From Eubacteriales bacterium (GTDB taxonomy: Bacteria; Bacillota; Clostridia; Oscillospirales; UMGS1783), in NCBI GenBank assembly GCA_045594545.1, contig JAZNYQ010000073.1:1-50587 (forward strand): a stretch of DNA of 50,587 bases, in the 5' to 3' direction. The stretch's first letter is position 1, and each line of letters begins with the position of its first letter. Position numbers and translations under genes: made by a program. Shown here piece by piece: positions 18,838-30,669 of this stretch. The notes beneath the pieces are model-generated. The model saw nothing but the letters and a program-made list of their open reading frames with translations, had not been told where the DNA came from and made no database searches.

Positions 18838-18867
18838 AAGATCCCGATCGTTTGATCGGGATCTTAA
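18838..18867. terminator. Bidirectional terminator
   Basis: AAGATCCCGATC/GATCGGGATCTT inverted repeat between convergent genes. Confidence 0.8.
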
Positions 18868-18875
18868 TTTTTTAC

Positions 18876-19943
18876 TTACGCCTCAACAGCGACTTCGTCT
18901 TCTTCCACAACAGTAGCTTCTGCCTTGATCTTCTGTCTGGACTTAATCATATCCAGCGAAGCGGCCAGCATCAGGAACAGACCGGTAGCCGTTGCAGCCA
19001 ACTGAGTAGGAATACCCATCATAACGATGGCATTCTCAAGGAACATCATGGTAAGCATACCCATAGCGATACACAAACCGGATCCGCGTCCACCGCTCAA
19101 GGAAACACCACCGATGGCACAGGCGGCCATACAGTTAGATTCCCAACCGGTACCGGTATTCGGCTGTGCATAGTCCATACGGATGGCCAGCAACAAACCG
19201 GCGACGGCAACAATGGTACCCGATGTCAAATAGGCAAACTTCTTAATCGATTTTACATTGATACCGGACAGGGACGCTACCTCGGCGTTATCGCCGACAG
19301 CCTTGATCTTACGGCCAAACGTGGTCTTTGCCAACATGATGGAAACAACCACATACAGCAAAACAGCGATGAAGAACGGGAGGAACAATCCGCCGATTTC
19401 GGTATGACCAAACCAATACAGTTCTTTACCGAGATCCTTATAGGGGTAACCACCGCTGAGCAGGTAACGGCTGGCGCCGAAGATCTGCCCCAAGCCCATG
19501 GTAACGATGAAGGACGGCAAGCTAAGATCCAGAATGAAATAGCTCTTAACAAAACCGAGCAGGAAACCGGTCATTACACCGGCAATGACACCAACCCACC
19601 AAGGGGCACCCAGATTCTTGATCACGAAACCGAGTACCATGCATGCCATACCGGCGGTAGTACCAACCGACATATCGGCACTGTTGGTCAGAATAACCAG
19701 AGCGTTACCCAAACAACAAATTCCGATAAAAGGAACCAGATTCAGAATCGAACGGATGTTGTCCCACGAGAGGAATGCACCCATAGTGAAAGTACCGTTG
19801 GCCATAGTGGACTGAACCGTGGTAATCGCTTGAACAACTACAAGAAGGATAACCAGCGGAATCAAAGCTCCAAACTCTTCGGAAGACTTAAACCGTTTCC
19901 AAAGGGAGCCGAGAGTTGTTTTTTTCTTAATTGCACCTTGCAT
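18876..19943 (-). CDS. Sugar ABC transporter permease (RbsC-like)
   Basis: Multi-TM; FGRKIKAVGDNAEVASLSGINVK; IGGVSLSGGRG. Confidence 0.92.
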   Translation of the reverse strand: MQGAIKKKTTLGSLWKRFKSSEEFGALIPLVILLVVVQAITTVQSTMANGTFTMGAFLSWDNIRSILNLVPFIGICCLGNALVILTNSADMSVGTTAGMACMVLGFVIKNLGAPWWVGVIAGVMTGFLLGFVKSYFILDLSLPSFIVTMGLGQIFGASRYLLSGGYPYKDLGKELYWFGHTEIGGLFLPFFIAVLLYVVVSIMLAKTTFGRKIKAVGDNAEVASLSGINVKSIKKFAYLTSGTIVAVAGLLLAIRMDYAQPNTGTGWESNCMAACAIGGVSLSGGRGSGLCIAMGMLTMMFLENAIVMMGIPTQLAATATGLFLMLAASLDMIKSRQKIKAEATVVEEDEVAVEA

Positions 19944-19962
19944 TGTCTACGTCTCCTTTCCC

Positions 19963-21012
19963 TTAGATCAGGTCGATACGGGAGGCCATGTATCTTCTCT
20001 TATACACGTCAACCGTAAGAACGATCATGAGCATCGCACCAACCAGTGCCGTCTGCAAGTTCGGATCCCAACCGATAGAGGTCAGGGCGTTCTGGATCAG
20101 AGACATCAACAGGATGCCGAGGAACAAGCCTCCCATCGAACCGGTACTGCCGACAAAACCGATACCGCCGATGTAGCAAGCCGCGATCGAGCGGAAATTG
20201 GTAATACCGCTCATGGTAACGGTACGCTGACGGAAGCAGGACAGGATGGAAGCAATAAAGGAAAGCAAGGATACGAAGATCAAGCAGATCCATTTTACGC
20301 GTTTTACGTTAACGCCGGCCATGTAAGCCGAGTTGGCCGAAATACCGCTGGCCTGAATCATACGGCCATACTTGGTATAGCGCAAAATGATATGGGCAAT
20401 TATCAACATACCGACAAAGATCAGGAAGAGAATGGAGATACCCATGCCGCGGTTGGTGCCGCCGGAAAGCCATGTGAAGAAATCTCTGCCGATCTGGATC
20501 GCAGCAAAATCACCAATGTCTTCAGGAACAGGGGTGATCGGAACGCCCATACACAGATAGGTACCTAAGCCGGTACAAAGGGAAGCTGTTGCCAAAGTAG
20601 CAACCCACTTCATAACACCGACCTTGAGCATCAGGAAACCGTTGAGGTAGCCCATAGCACAAGCGAAGAAAGCGGCAACCAAAAGACCTACCCAAGACGG
20701 ATATGTATTCCAGATACACATAACACCGTAGATGATACAAGCAAAACCACCTACACCGGTGGTGGACAAGTCCATCTCACCCGACATGATGATCAACGCC
20801 TGACCAATCGACATGATGCCGACAAACGAACAGTTACGCAGAAGCATTAACAGGTTGGCACCGGTAAAAAATTTGGGATTAACCGAATAGGTAATAATCG
20901 AAATTATAAGGATAAACAGTACCGAAATGAATTCGGAAGACAAGAAGAACTTGACCAGTTTAACCTTATTACGCGCTTTGCGAAGATCTCTGGATTCCAT
21001 TGTGTTTTCCAT
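19963..21012 (-). CDS. Sugar ABC transporter permease (RbsC-like)
   Basis: Multi-TM; SGEMDLS; YGRMIQASG...AYMAGVNVK. Confidence 0.92.
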   Translation of the reverse strand: MENTMESRDLRKARNKVKLVKFFLSSEFISVLFILIISIITYSVNPKFFTGANLLMLLRNCSFVGIMSIGQALIIMSGEMDLSTTGVGGFACIIYGVMCIWNTYPSWVGLLVAAFFACAMGYLNGFLMLKVGVMKWVATLATASLCTGLGTYLCMGVPITPVPEDIGDFAAIQIGRDFFTWLSGGTNRGMGISILFLIFVGMLIIAHIILRYTKYGRMIQASGISANSAYMAGVNVKRVKWICLIFVSLLSFIASILSCFRQRTVTMSGITNFRSIAACYIGGIGFVGSTGSMGGLFLGILLMSLIQNALTSIGWDPNLQTALVGAMLMIVLTVDVYKRRYMASRIDLI

Positions 21013-21015
21013 GAT

Positions 21016-22566
21016 TTACGCCTCCTTTGCCGAATTGCCGATCTTTTTGAAGGTCTTGGTAGCCAGACGCATGATCGAGACATTGTTCGCCTCTTCCTTG
21101 CTGAGTTCACCGGCAATACGACCTTCTGCCATAACGATGAAGCGATCGCACATGTTCAACAACTCCGGCAAATCCGAAGAGATCATAACAACGGCGATGC
21201 CTTGAGCAGCAAATTCGTTGATCAACTGATAGATCTCACTCTTCGCACCAACGTCGATACCCTTGGTAGGCTCGTCAAGAACCAGCACCTTAGGTTCCGC
21301 ATTCAGCGAACGGGCAATAACCACCTTCTGCTGGTTACCACCGGAGAGCGTATCCACCAAAACACCCATCTTAGGAGCCTTAACTCGCAGAGTTTCGAAG
21401 TAATACTTCATGCGCTTTGCCTCTGCCTTCTCCGAAACAAAGGGGCCTTTGCAGATGGCATCAAAATTCGTGATGGAAATATTCTTCATGATATTCCAAG
21501 AGAAGATCAAACCGTATTTCTTTCTATCCTCGGTAACCAGAGCCATACCTTTTTTCATGGCGTCGGTAGGTCCTTTGATCTTGACTTCTTTGCCGTTAAG
21601 GAATATCTTACCGGATTTCAGTTTATTTACACCGTAGATGGAAGTTAAAGTTTCCGAACGGCCTGCACCGACAAGTCCCGCAAAACCGAGAACCTCACCG
21701 GCATGAACCGTAAAGCTGACATCTTCAACCAAATTGCGATCGGCAATATAGGGATGATCCACGGTGATATTTTCAACACGCAGAACCTCTTCCCCAATCT
21801 CAACATTACGGGGCGGATACATGTTCGTGACCTCACGGCCGATCATGGCGGCAATGATCTGATCACGATCGTAATCCTTCTTTTCAAACTCGCCGACACG
21901 CTTACCGTCACGCAGAACGGCAACACGGTCGGTCAGTTCCATGATCTCGTCCATCTTATGGGTAACAAAGATGATGGCGGTTCCGTTATCGCGCAGGCGT
22001 CTGACCACGCGGAACAGGTTTTCAACGTCGCGGTTAGACAGCGAAGTCGTCGGCTCGTCAAGGATCAAGATCTTCGGATGCGAAGACAAAGCCTTAGCAA
22101 TCATCAGCATCTGCTGCTGACCGATACTCATCTTTCTGGTATCCATATCGATATCGATATCCAGCTGAAGATCGTCGATCAATTCCTGAGCGGCTCTACG
22201 CAATTTACTCTGATTGACCCATATCGTCTTTTTACCCAGTGTCAAGTCGCCCATGTAGATATTTTCGGCAACGCTTTCAAATTTGAAAACCGAAACCTCC
22301 TGCGCAACGAAACCGATACCCAGCTTAACGGCATCAATCGGGCTCGCAGGTCGGACAACCTCACCGTCAATCTTAATTTCTCCCTGATAGGAGCCGGCCG
22401 GATAGATGCCGTTGATGATCTTGAGCAGTGTCGATTTACCGGCACCGTTCTCACCGATCAAGCCAAGGATCTCACCGGGTTTTACATTAAGATTAACATT
22501 GTCATTAGCCACAACACCGGGGAAAACTTTCGTAATGTTGTTGACCTCGAGTACGTACTCTCCCAT
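21016..22566 (-). CDS. Sugar ABC transporter ATP-binding protein (RbsA/XylG-like, tandem NBD)
   Basis: GENGAGKST, LDEPT twice, LSGGNQQKV. Confidence 0.96.
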   Translation of the reverse strand: MGEYVLEVNNITKVFPGVVANDNVNLNVKPGEILGLIGENGAGKSTLLKIINGIYPAGSYQGEIKIDGEVVRPASPIDAVKLGIGFVAQEVSVFKFESVAENIYMGDLTLGKKTIWVNQSKLRRAAQELIDDLQLDIDIDMDTRKMSIGQQQMLMIAKALSSHPKILILDEPTTSLSNRDVENLFRVVRRLRDNGTAIIFVTHKMDEIMELTDRVAVLRDGKRVGEFEKKDYDRDQIIAAMIGREVTNMYPPRNVEIGEEVLRVENITVDHPYIADRNLVEDVSFTVHAGEVLGFAGLVGAGRSETLTSIYGVNKLKSGKIFLNGKEVKIKGPTDAMKKGMALVTEDRKKYGLIFSWNIMKNISITNFDAICKGPFVSEKAEAKRMKYYFETLRVKAPKMGVLVDTLSGGNQQKVVIARSLNAEPKVLVLDEPTKGIDVGAKSEIYQLINEFAAQGIAVVMISSDLPELLNMCDRFIVMAEGRIAGELSKEEANNVSIMRLATKTFKKIGNSAKEA

Positions 22567-22741
22567 AATGTAAAATCACTTCCTTCTTAAAGTGTATATG
22601 ATTCAAAACAATAGCAGCCCCTTTTCAAAAAGCACAAGAGAACAGAAAAAAGGCGAAATCCGTCAACCTTTTCTCTATCCACTTCTCTTTCTGATCCATG
22701 GCCGTCATAAAAGGGCGCACTGCCACCATTTCTTCCCTATA

Positions 22742-22770
22742 ATTATAAACTGAAAACCCATCATTGTCAA
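22742..22770 (-). promoter_or_regulatory. sigma-A promoter of the ABC operon, giving a ~170-nt leader
   Basis: TTGACA-17 nt-TATAAT. Confidence 0.8.
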
Positions 22771-22994
22771 CCGATAGAATTCTTTTTGTGAGAATTGCAC
22801 AAATGCCATTTGGAATTCATCGACAGAAATTTTCAAATTTTGCTATCTATAAAAATTAGTTACAAAATTGTGACAATTTTACTGGTTTGACAGGGTTTTA
22901 CACAGGCAAAATGTAACACTTTGTACATAAAATGGCATGTTTTGACTAAAATGATTACCATTTCATGAATGAAGAGTCATCCGTAAATTTGCAC

Positions 22995-23024
22995 AAAAAA
23001 ACAGCCGAGGAAACCTCGGCTGTT
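22995..23024 (-). terminator. Terminator after gdhA
   Basis: ACAGCCGAGG/CCTCGGCTGT with T-run on the minus strand. Confidence 0.85.
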
Positions 23025-23032
23025 CATTTTTC

Positions 23033-24388
23033 TTAATAAGCAACGCCTTGAGCGAGCATAGCTTCGGCAACTTTCACAAAACCGGCAATATTGGCACCGG
23101 CAACCAGGTCGCCTTCCATGCCGTATTTCTTAGCGGCATCATAGGAAGCCTTGTAAATGCTGCTCATGATCTGATGCAGTTTGGCATCGACTTCTTCGGT
23201 AGTCCAACTGTAGCGCATCGAGTTCTGGGACATTTCCAGACCGGAAACAGCAACACCGCCGGCGTTAACCGCCTTAGAAGGAGCCACAACGACACCGTTC
23301 TGCTTCAGATAGGCAATCGCCTCATTGGTGGTGGGCATGTTGGAAACTTCTACATAATATTTCACGCCGTTAGCAACGATCTTCTCCGCCTCAGCCATGC
23401 CAACTTCGTTCTGAGTAGCGCAAGGCATGATAACATCCGCCTTCACGCCCCAAGGTTTCTGACCGGCATAGAAAGGCACGCCGAATTTATCCGCATAATC
23501 CTGAACCTTGTCACGGCAGGATGCACGCATTTCCAGCATGAAGTTGATCTTCTCTTCCGTATTGATACCGTCTTCATCATAGACATAACCATCAGGGCCG
23601 GAGATGGTGACAACCTTGCCGCCCAGCTCGGTCAACTTCTTAACGGTACCCCAAGCCACGTTACCGAAACCGGAAACAGCAAAGGTCTTACCCTTGATCT
23701 CTTCACCAAAAGACTTGAGCATCTCAACCGTATAGTAAACAGCACCGAAACCGGTAGCTTCGGGGCGGATCAGCGAACCGCCAAAGGACAATCCCTTACC
23801 GGTCAACACGCCCTCAAAAGCATTCTGCAGACGCTTATACTGACCAAACAGATAGCCAACCTCACGAGCGCCTACGCCGATGTCGCCGGCAGGCACGTCG
23901 GTGTTGGGGCCGATATGCTTATGCAACTCGGTCATAAAGCTCTGGCAGAAACGCATGACTTCTGCATCCGATTTGCCCTTCGGATCAAAGTCGGAACCAC
24001 CCTTGGCACCACCCATAGGGAGAGTGGTGAGGGAGGTCTTGAAGGTCTGCTCAAAGCCGAGGAATTTCATAATAGAGAGGTTAACCGAAGGATGGAAGCG
24101 CAAACCGCCCTTGTAAGGACCGATGGCCGAGTTAAACTGCACACGGTAGCCTCTGTTGACCTGCACATTGCCGTTATCATCCATCCACGAAACACGGAAG
24201 GTAATGATGCGCTCAGGCTCCACCATACGCTCAACGATGCCGGCCTTCACGATGTCGGGGCGCTGCTCAATGACAGGCTCCAGAGATTCCAACACTTCCT
24301 TAACGGTCTGGTGGAATTCAGGCTGATCGGGGTCACGCTTGACCACATTTTCGTATACCTGCTTCAGGTATTCGGTTTTAAAAGACAT
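23033..24388 (-). CDS. gdhA: NADP-specific glutamate dehydrogenase
   Basis: GPYKGGLRFHPSV, GGAKGGSDFDP, DVPAGDIGVG, RPEATG, GFGNV; start MSFKTEY behind GAGGTG. Confidence 0.97.
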   Translation of the reverse strand: MSFKTEYLKQVYENVVKRDPDQPEFHQTVKEVLESLEPVIEQRPDIVKAGIVERMVEPERIITFRVSWMDDNGNVQVNRGYRVQFNSAIGPYKGGLRFHPSVNLSIMKFLGFEQTFKTSLTTLPMGGAKGGSDFDPKGKSDAEVMRFCQSFMTELHKHIGPNTDVPAGDIGVGAREVGYLFGQYKRLQNAFEGVLTGKGLSFGGSLIRPEATGFGAVYYTVEMLKSFGEEIKGKTFAVSGFGNVAWGTVKKLTELGGKVVTISGPDGYVYDEDGINTEEKINFMLEMRASCRDKVQDYADKFGVPFYAGQKPWGVKADVIMPCATQNEVGMAEAEKIVANGVKYYVEVSNMPTTNEAIAYLKQNGVVVAPSKAVNAGGVAVSGLEMSQNSMRYSWTTEEVDAKLHQIMSSIYKASYDAAKKYGMEGDLVAGANIAGFVKVAEAMLAQGVAY

Positions 24389-24512
24389 TTTCATACACCT
24401 CGCAAAAAAATATGCTACCATTATACAAGCATCGCCAAGGAATTACAATACTTTTTTGATGAATTTTTCAAAAAAATCCATTATTTTAATCCTATGCGCA
24501 TCCACAACAAAA

Positions 24513-24542
24513 AAGAAGCAGAGAATCACTCTCTGCTTCTTC
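24513..24542 (-). terminator. Terminator after obgE
   Basis: AAGAAGCAGAGA/TCTCTGCTTCTT inverted repeat. Confidence 0.8.
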
Positions 24543-25820
<1,278 letters not shown>

Positions 25821-25837
25821 TCATTTCGAGATAGAAA

Positions 25838-25868
25838 AAATCTCAAAGGCGGATGCCTTTGAGATTTT
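25838..25868 (-). terminator. Terminator after rpmA
   Basis: AAAATCTCAAAGGC/GCCTTTGAGATTTT inverted repeat. Confidence 0.8.
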
Positions 25869-25915
25869 AAGTGCTTATCAGGCTCCGATGCACTGCGGCA
25901 TGGAAACCGGCAGAC

Positions 25916-26197
25916 TTACGCCTGCTCGTAAACGCTGACTCTCTTGCGGTCCTTGCCGACGCGCTCGTATCTTACGACACCGTCTTTCAGGGCGAACAGG
26001 GAGTCATTCGATCCTCTGCCGACATTGATGCCGGGATGGATCTTCGTGCCGCGCTGGGTGAAAAGGATATTGCCGGCCAACACGAACTGACCGTCGGCAC
26101 GCTTGGCGCCGAGACGTTTGCTTTCGCTGTCACGTCCGTTCTTGGTCGAGCCCATTCCCTTTTTATGAGCAAAATACTGTAAACCAAGTCTAAGCAT
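25916..26197 (-). CDS. rpmA: 50S ribosomal protein L27 with Prp-cleaved N-terminal extension
   Basis: MLRLGLQYF|[15 protein letters not shown]. Confidence 0.98.
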   Translation of the reverse strand: MLRLGLQYFAHKKGMGSTKNGRDSESKRLGAKRADGQFVLAGNILFTQRGTKIHPGINVGRGSNDSLFALKDGVVRYERVGKDRKRVSVYEQA

Positions 26198-26199
26198 TG

Positions 26200-26511
26200 T
26201 TACACCTCCGTATACTCGATGTTAATACATGTAGGATGCTGTGCCTGTACCATTTTCAGATAATCCCGAAAACCGCACAACAATTTGTGTGCCATCTCCC
26301 ACTGTCCCGTCGCACGAAAGGAAACTTTCTTCCCCACTGCGATCTCCGGGGCCGTTCCGAAATACTCCTCGGCCAGATGCATCGTCAGATCACAAGCGGC
26401 CGAAACCGCCGCACAGACGACATCCTCCCCCTCGGTAGCATATCCGGCATGACCGGACAATGTCATGGCTTTGAATCTTCCGTTTTCTGTTTCAAAACGG
26501 CATGTGATCAT
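26200..26511 (-). CDS. prp: Ribosomal-processing cysteine protease Prp
   Basis: SGHAGY...DVVCAAVS; lies between rplU and rpmA. Confidence 0.93.
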   Translation of the reverse strand: MITCRFETENGRFKAMTLSGHAGYATEGEDVVCAAVSAACDLTMHLAEEYFGTAPEIAVGKKVSFRATGQWEMAHKLLCGFRDYLKMVQAQHPTCINIEYTEV

Positions 26512-26516
26512 AGGAC

Positions 26517-26828
26517 TTAAGCGTTGATAGCGCCGATCTCAACCTTGGTATAAGGCTGACGGTGGCCGGTCTTACGTCTGTAGTTCTTTTTAGCCTTAAA
26601 CTTGAAGATATAGATCTTGGCGTTCTTGCCGTTCTTCACGACCTTAGCATCAACAGTAGCACCCTTCACATAAGGAGTACCGGCAGTGATGCCCTTCTCC
26701 TTGCCGATGGCCAGAACCTTATCAAAGGTAACGGCATCGCCTTCAGCAGCGTCCAGCTTCTCTACGAAGATAACGTCGCCTTCCTGTACTTTGTACTGTT
26801 TTCCGCCCGTTTCAATAACTGCGTACAT
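26517..26828 (-). CDS. rplU: 50S ribosomal protein L21
   Basis: [14 protein letters not shown]...GHRQPYTKV. Confidence 0.98.
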   Translation of the reverse strand: MYAVIETGGKQYKVQEGDVIFVEKLDAAEGDAVTFDKVLAIGKEKGITAGTPYVKGATVDAKVVKNGKNAKIYIFKFKAKKNYRRKTGHRQPYTKVEIGAINA

Positions 26829-26839
26829 TCCAAAGCACC

Positions 26840-26906
26840 TCTCTTTCATATCAGACTCGCTATGGTGGGCGGCTTGCGCACTTTCATACCCACACACATG
26901 CGGCAC
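26840..26906 (-). promoter_or_regulatory. L21 leader-like cis-regulatory RNA
   Basis: 5' UTR with GCCGCA...CCGCCC...GCGAGTCT elements resembling the Firmicute L21 leader; promoter TTGACG-17-TATAAT at 26912-26940. Confidence 0.6.
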
Positions 26907-26977
26907 TATGCATTATAACACAAAGTCCCGTGCTCGTCAACAACTTTTTGAGCACGGGACTTAAATTTTTTCAGAAA

Positions 26978-27388
26978 TTAACCAAGATAGTTCTTAAGAC
27001 CGGCCGAAGCGTTGGCCGCATCACCGGTAACGGTAACGGTAACATTGACATTATAAATGTCGCTGAGCTTCTTGACTTTACCCAGGAAAGCCTCAACCGC
27101 ATCCAGATCGGGGGCGCAGATCTTGGTAATCGAATCGATGAAGATCTCGGTAATATCGTGATTACCGGCCATCAAACCGGCTACGAAACCGTAAAACGCA
27201 TCAAAATCGGAAATTTCATAATCCTCAATATTTACTAAACGGGCGCGGGAATTGATGGTAAACATCAATGTTTTGCCCTTTTCAATGTAAACAACGTTGC
27301 CGTGATCGGCGGCGACAGCCTGATTGCAGAGATCGGCCAATGCCTTGGTCTTGCCGGTGCCCTTGAGTCCCATAATTGCTTTGATCAT
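26978..27388 (-). CDS. Small conserved clostridial P-loop protein
   Basis: Walker-A-like GLKGTGKT, IFIDS; start MIKAI behind AAGGAGG. Confidence 0.8.
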   Translation of the reverse strand: MIKAIMGLKGTGKTKALADLCNQAVAADHGNVVYIEKGKTLMFTINSRARLVNIEDYEISDFDAFYGFVAGLMAGNHDITEIFIDSITKICAPDLDAVEAFLGKVKKLSDIYNVNVTVTVTGDAANASAGLKNYLG

Positions 27389-27519
27389 ATGTGTTAGCCT
27401 CCTTAGAATATGTATCCGTTCACAGACGGACCATTGGTTACTTATATTATACAGGAAAATCTTGAACAATTCAATAGGGTAAAACAAAAAAGTCGGCAGA
27501 TTTTCTGCCGACTTTTCTC

Positions 27520-28800
27520 TTAGTTCTTGGGTTTACCCAAAAGTTCAAACATATTGCTCTTATACGCCTCAACACCGGGCTGATCAAAGGGATTGACATC
27601 CAGCATATAACCGCCGATGGCGCAACCCACCTCAAAGAAGGTGAACAGTTCGCCCAGCGTATGCTCACTGCGATCGGGAATGTTGATCAGCAGGTTAGGC
27701 ACACCGCCGTCGATATGCGCCTTGATCACGCCCTCATAGGCTTTGCTGTTGATGTATTGCAGGCTCTTACCCTCCAGATAGGCCAGACCGTCAGCCGGAT
27801 CGCCGGCGCACAGTTCCAGATCCTTTTCGGGAGTATCGATCCACATGACCGTTTCAAAATTATTGCGGGTACCCTCTTGCAGATACTGCCCCATCGAGTG
27901 CAGGTCCTGCGTATAGGTCAGCGCCACAGGGAAAATGCCCTTACCCTCTTTGCCGTGGCTCTCGCCGTACAACTGTTGCCACCACAGGGACATGGTAAAC
28001 AGTTCGGGCTCATAGCCGGTCAGCACCTCAACCGTCAGATTCTTCTCGGTGTACAGTGCATGACGGCAGGCGGCATACTGTGCCGCTTCATTGTTGGCCA
28101 GGTCGGTAGACAGATAGCGAGCCATGGCATCCTTAGCGCCCTGCAACAAGGCATCAATATCCCCGCCGGCAACAGCAATGGGAAGCAGGCCCACGGCGGT
28201 CAGCACCGAGTACCGGCCGCCGATATCATCGGGCACCACAAAAGCCTCATAGCCCTCTTTTTCAGCCAGAGGACGCAGTGCACCGCGACGGGCATCGGTC
28301 GTAACGAAAATACGCTTGGCGGCATCGGCACCGTACTTGCGCTCAAGCAACGCACGGAACATACGGAAAGCAATGGCGGGCTCAGTCGTCGTACCCGACT
28401 TGGAAACCACATTCACGCAAATACTCTTATCCTCACACAACGCCAGCAAACGGCCCAGCGCATCGGGGCTGATATTATTACCGGCAAAATAGATCTTCGG
28501 CGCATCGGTTTCCTCATGAAAAGGACCGTTCAGAAAATCAATGGCACATTTAGCCCCCATAAAGGAGCCGCCGATACCGATGACCACGAAAACATCGGCC
28601 ATCTCGCGAATACGGGCAGCGGCCGCCTTGATCTTTGCGGTATCAATGCCGTTACCGGGCTGTGTCCATCCCAGAAAGTCATTACCGGCACCGCTGCGAT
28701 CCCGCACCTTCACTACCGATTCCTCGATCTTGGCCGCATAGGCAGACATGGGATCCTGACTTAAAAACATCTTGGTATACTTGGATTCAAATCCGATCAT
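27520..28800 (-). CDS. pgi: Glucose-6-phosphate isomerase
   Basis: GIGGS, SKSGTTTEP, GGRYS, DLHSMGQ, NPFDQPGVEAYK; promoter TTGACA-17-TACAAT upstream. Confidence 0.97.
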   Translation of the reverse strand: MIGFESKYTKMFLSQDPMSAYAAKIEESVVKVRDRSGAGNDFLGWTQPGNGIDTAKIKAAAARIREMADVFVVIGIGGSFMGAKCAIDFLNGPFHEETDAPKIYFAGNNISPDALGRLLALCEDKSICVNVVSKSGTTTEPAIAFRMFRALLERKYGADAAKRIFVTTDARRGALRPLAEKEGYEAFVVPDDIGGRYSVLTAVGLLPIAVAGGDIDALLQGAKDAMARYLSTDLANNEAAQYAACRHALYTEKNLTVEVLTGYEPELFTMSLWWQQLYGESHGKEGKGIFPVALTYTQDLHSMGQYLQEGTRNNFETVMWIDTPEKDLELCAGDPADGLAYLEGKSLQYINSKAYEGVIKAHIDGGVPNLLINIPDRSEHTLGELFTFFEVGCAIGGYMLDVNPFDQPGVEAYKSNMFELLGKPKN

Positions 28801-28942
28801 TCCAAATTCCTCCGTTAATAAAAAATGCTATTGTTATTGTACTCCTCGACCCGCTCGCTGTCAATGCTTGATTTGACATATTCCATGGATATTTGTTGCC
28901 GCAAAAAAACACTCTCCGACACAAAATCGGAGAGTGTTATTC

Positions 28943-30613
28943 TTATCGGAGGTATTTCATCGGATCAACATATACGCCGTCAATACAAAGGGTCATATGA
29001 CAATGGTTACCCGTCGAGTTACCCGTAGAGCCGACACCGGCGATCCGCTGTCCCTGATACACGGTTTGTCCCACCGACACATTCACGCCGTTGCAATGCG
29101 AATAGCGAGAAACGATGCCGTTACCGTGATCGATCTCCACATTATAGCCGTGACCGCCGCCCGACCATCCGGCCACCGTAACCACGCCGGCATCGATCGC
29201 CAGAATGGAAGTGTTGTAATTGGCCGCAATATCCACGCCCTCATGGTAGTGATCCCCTCGCCATGCCCCAAACGGGCTGGTAATGACATAGTTACCGGCA
29301 ATCGGCCAGATAAAGGTGCCCGCCGAAGAAATCGGCTTTGTACCGAGCAATTCATACTGGGTAACAGGCGTGCTCTTGACCGTCTGATTGATAATGTTTC
29401 GGCTGACCTCCACACCGTCCACCACCACGATCTGCGCCGTATACTGGGTAATACCGACACGGCCGGCCGACAGGATCTGCTTGGATCCTGCCCACATGGA
29501 AGATGTGGTAGACACCTGCACATCAAAGGGCACTTCTTCTTCGTAGGTGACCGTCTTGGATACCTGAACCGAAACGATCGGATCACCGCCGCCTACCGTG
29601 ATCACCGTACCGACCGGCGCCTCGGCCAGATTGATGCCGGGGTTGAGCAAATACAGCGTTCTCTCACCCAGACCGAAATGCGCACAGATCTTCTCTACCG
29701 TATCCCCTGCCGCTATGGCATATTCATGGGTGGTATCGCCGCACAGGAGTTTGGCACGAAGATCGGCAATGGTCATCTCAAACTGATCGGCATACATATC
29801 CTGAATGACCTGCACGTCATTCATGAACACTACCGTTTCGCCTGCTGCCCCTGTCTGATAGGGCAGCTTGATGGCATCAAGCATTTCATAAATGGCATTC
29901 TCATTGGTATAGGTACCGATGAGCGCACCGTCAACAAACACGCCATAGGTTTTTCCTGCCGCATTTTCACAGATGGCCGCTATATTTTCTTCCAACTGTT
30001 CCCCCGATACCAATTTAGCACGAGAAACCAGACTCACCGCATAGACAGGTGTTTGCTCCATACGGAAGGCCTCGCCCAACCGCTGAGAATACCGTTCCTC
30101 CACCGCCAGACGCGCCGCATCAAAAGAAGCCGCATCGGTAACATATCCCACCACTTCGCCATCCAATCGAACTTCCAGCCCGACCGAATAGGCACTCATG
30201 ATGATCATGCCACCCAACACCAGCAAGACACTCAAAGGCATGAGCAAAAATCGGGAAAACGAGGCAAAACCACGGAAGAATCCAACAATACCGTATCCGA
30301 TACTGTGTCCCGCACGCCGAATAAAGCCTTCGGGATCGTCGATCATTTCTCTGCGCATGAATCGCAGGGACTCTTTAATTTTTACGGATGCTTGACGCAG
30401 GCTGTCTTTGAGCATAACACGCAACGGACTTTGTGCCTTAGCCGGAGAAAAAACAATCTCCCCCGTTTTGTCATCCACTTTGGTCTGTTGCTGTGCCGAC
30501 ACCGCCGGCGTAACTGCCAAAAAATCAGCCGTCTTACTCACCCGTCGGCGGGAGCGGGATTGCGCCACCTGCCTGCGGCCGACATAGCCGTTTCTGTTTT
30601 TGGATCTGGGCAT
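28943..30613 (-). CDS. Membrane-anchored LysM/G5/M23 peptidoglycan endopeptidase
   Basis: TM, LysM (YAIAAGDTVEKI), G5, M23 motifs HEGVDI, YSHC, STGNHCH. Confidence 0.92.
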   Translation of the reverse strand: MPRSKNRNGYVGRRQVAQSRSRRRVSKTADFLAVTPAVSAQQQTKVDDKTGEIVFSPAKAQSPLRVMLKDSLRQASVKIKESLRFMRREMIDDPEGFIRRAGHSIGYGIVGFFRGFASFSRFLLMPLSVLLVLGGMIIMSAYSVGLEVRLDGEVVGYVTDAASFDAARLAVEERYSQRLGEAFRMEQTPVYAVSLVSRAKLVSGEQLEENIAAICENAAGKTYGVFVDGALIGTYTNENAIYEMLDAIKLPYQTGAAGETVVFMNDVQVIQDMYADQFEMTIADLRAKLLCGDTTHEYAIAAGDTVEKICAHFGLGERTLYLLNPGINLAEAPVGTVITVGGGDPIVSVQVSKTVTYEEEVPFDVQVSTTSSMWAGSKQILSAGRVGITQYTAQIVVVDGVEVSRNIINQTVKSTPVTQYELLGTKPISSAGTFIWPIAGNYVITSPFGAWRGDHYHEGVDIAANYNTSILAIDAGVVTVAGWSGGGHGYNVEIDHGNGIVSRYSHCNGVNVSVGQTVYQGQRIAGVGSTGNSTGNHCHMTLCIDGVYVDPMKYLR

Positions 30614-30642
30614 ATTAACTCCTTTATCGTAAAAAAAGAAAA

Positions 30643-30669
30643 GTTACAAATCGGTTACAAACAATTACA
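30643..30669 (-). promoter_or_regulatory. WalR/OmpR-type direct-repeat box upstream of the M23 gene
   Basis: TGTAAT-N4-TGTAAC-N5-TGTAAC on the minus strand. Confidence 0.65.

Noticed and set aside
22785-22803. Rex operator upstream of the ABC promoter
   Set aside because: The TTGTG...CACAA palindrome spans 17 bp rather than the 18-bp Rex consensus; regulator left unassigned.
25916-26511. L27 N-terminal extension as a novelty
   Set aside because: This is the known Firmicute Prp-processed L27 system.
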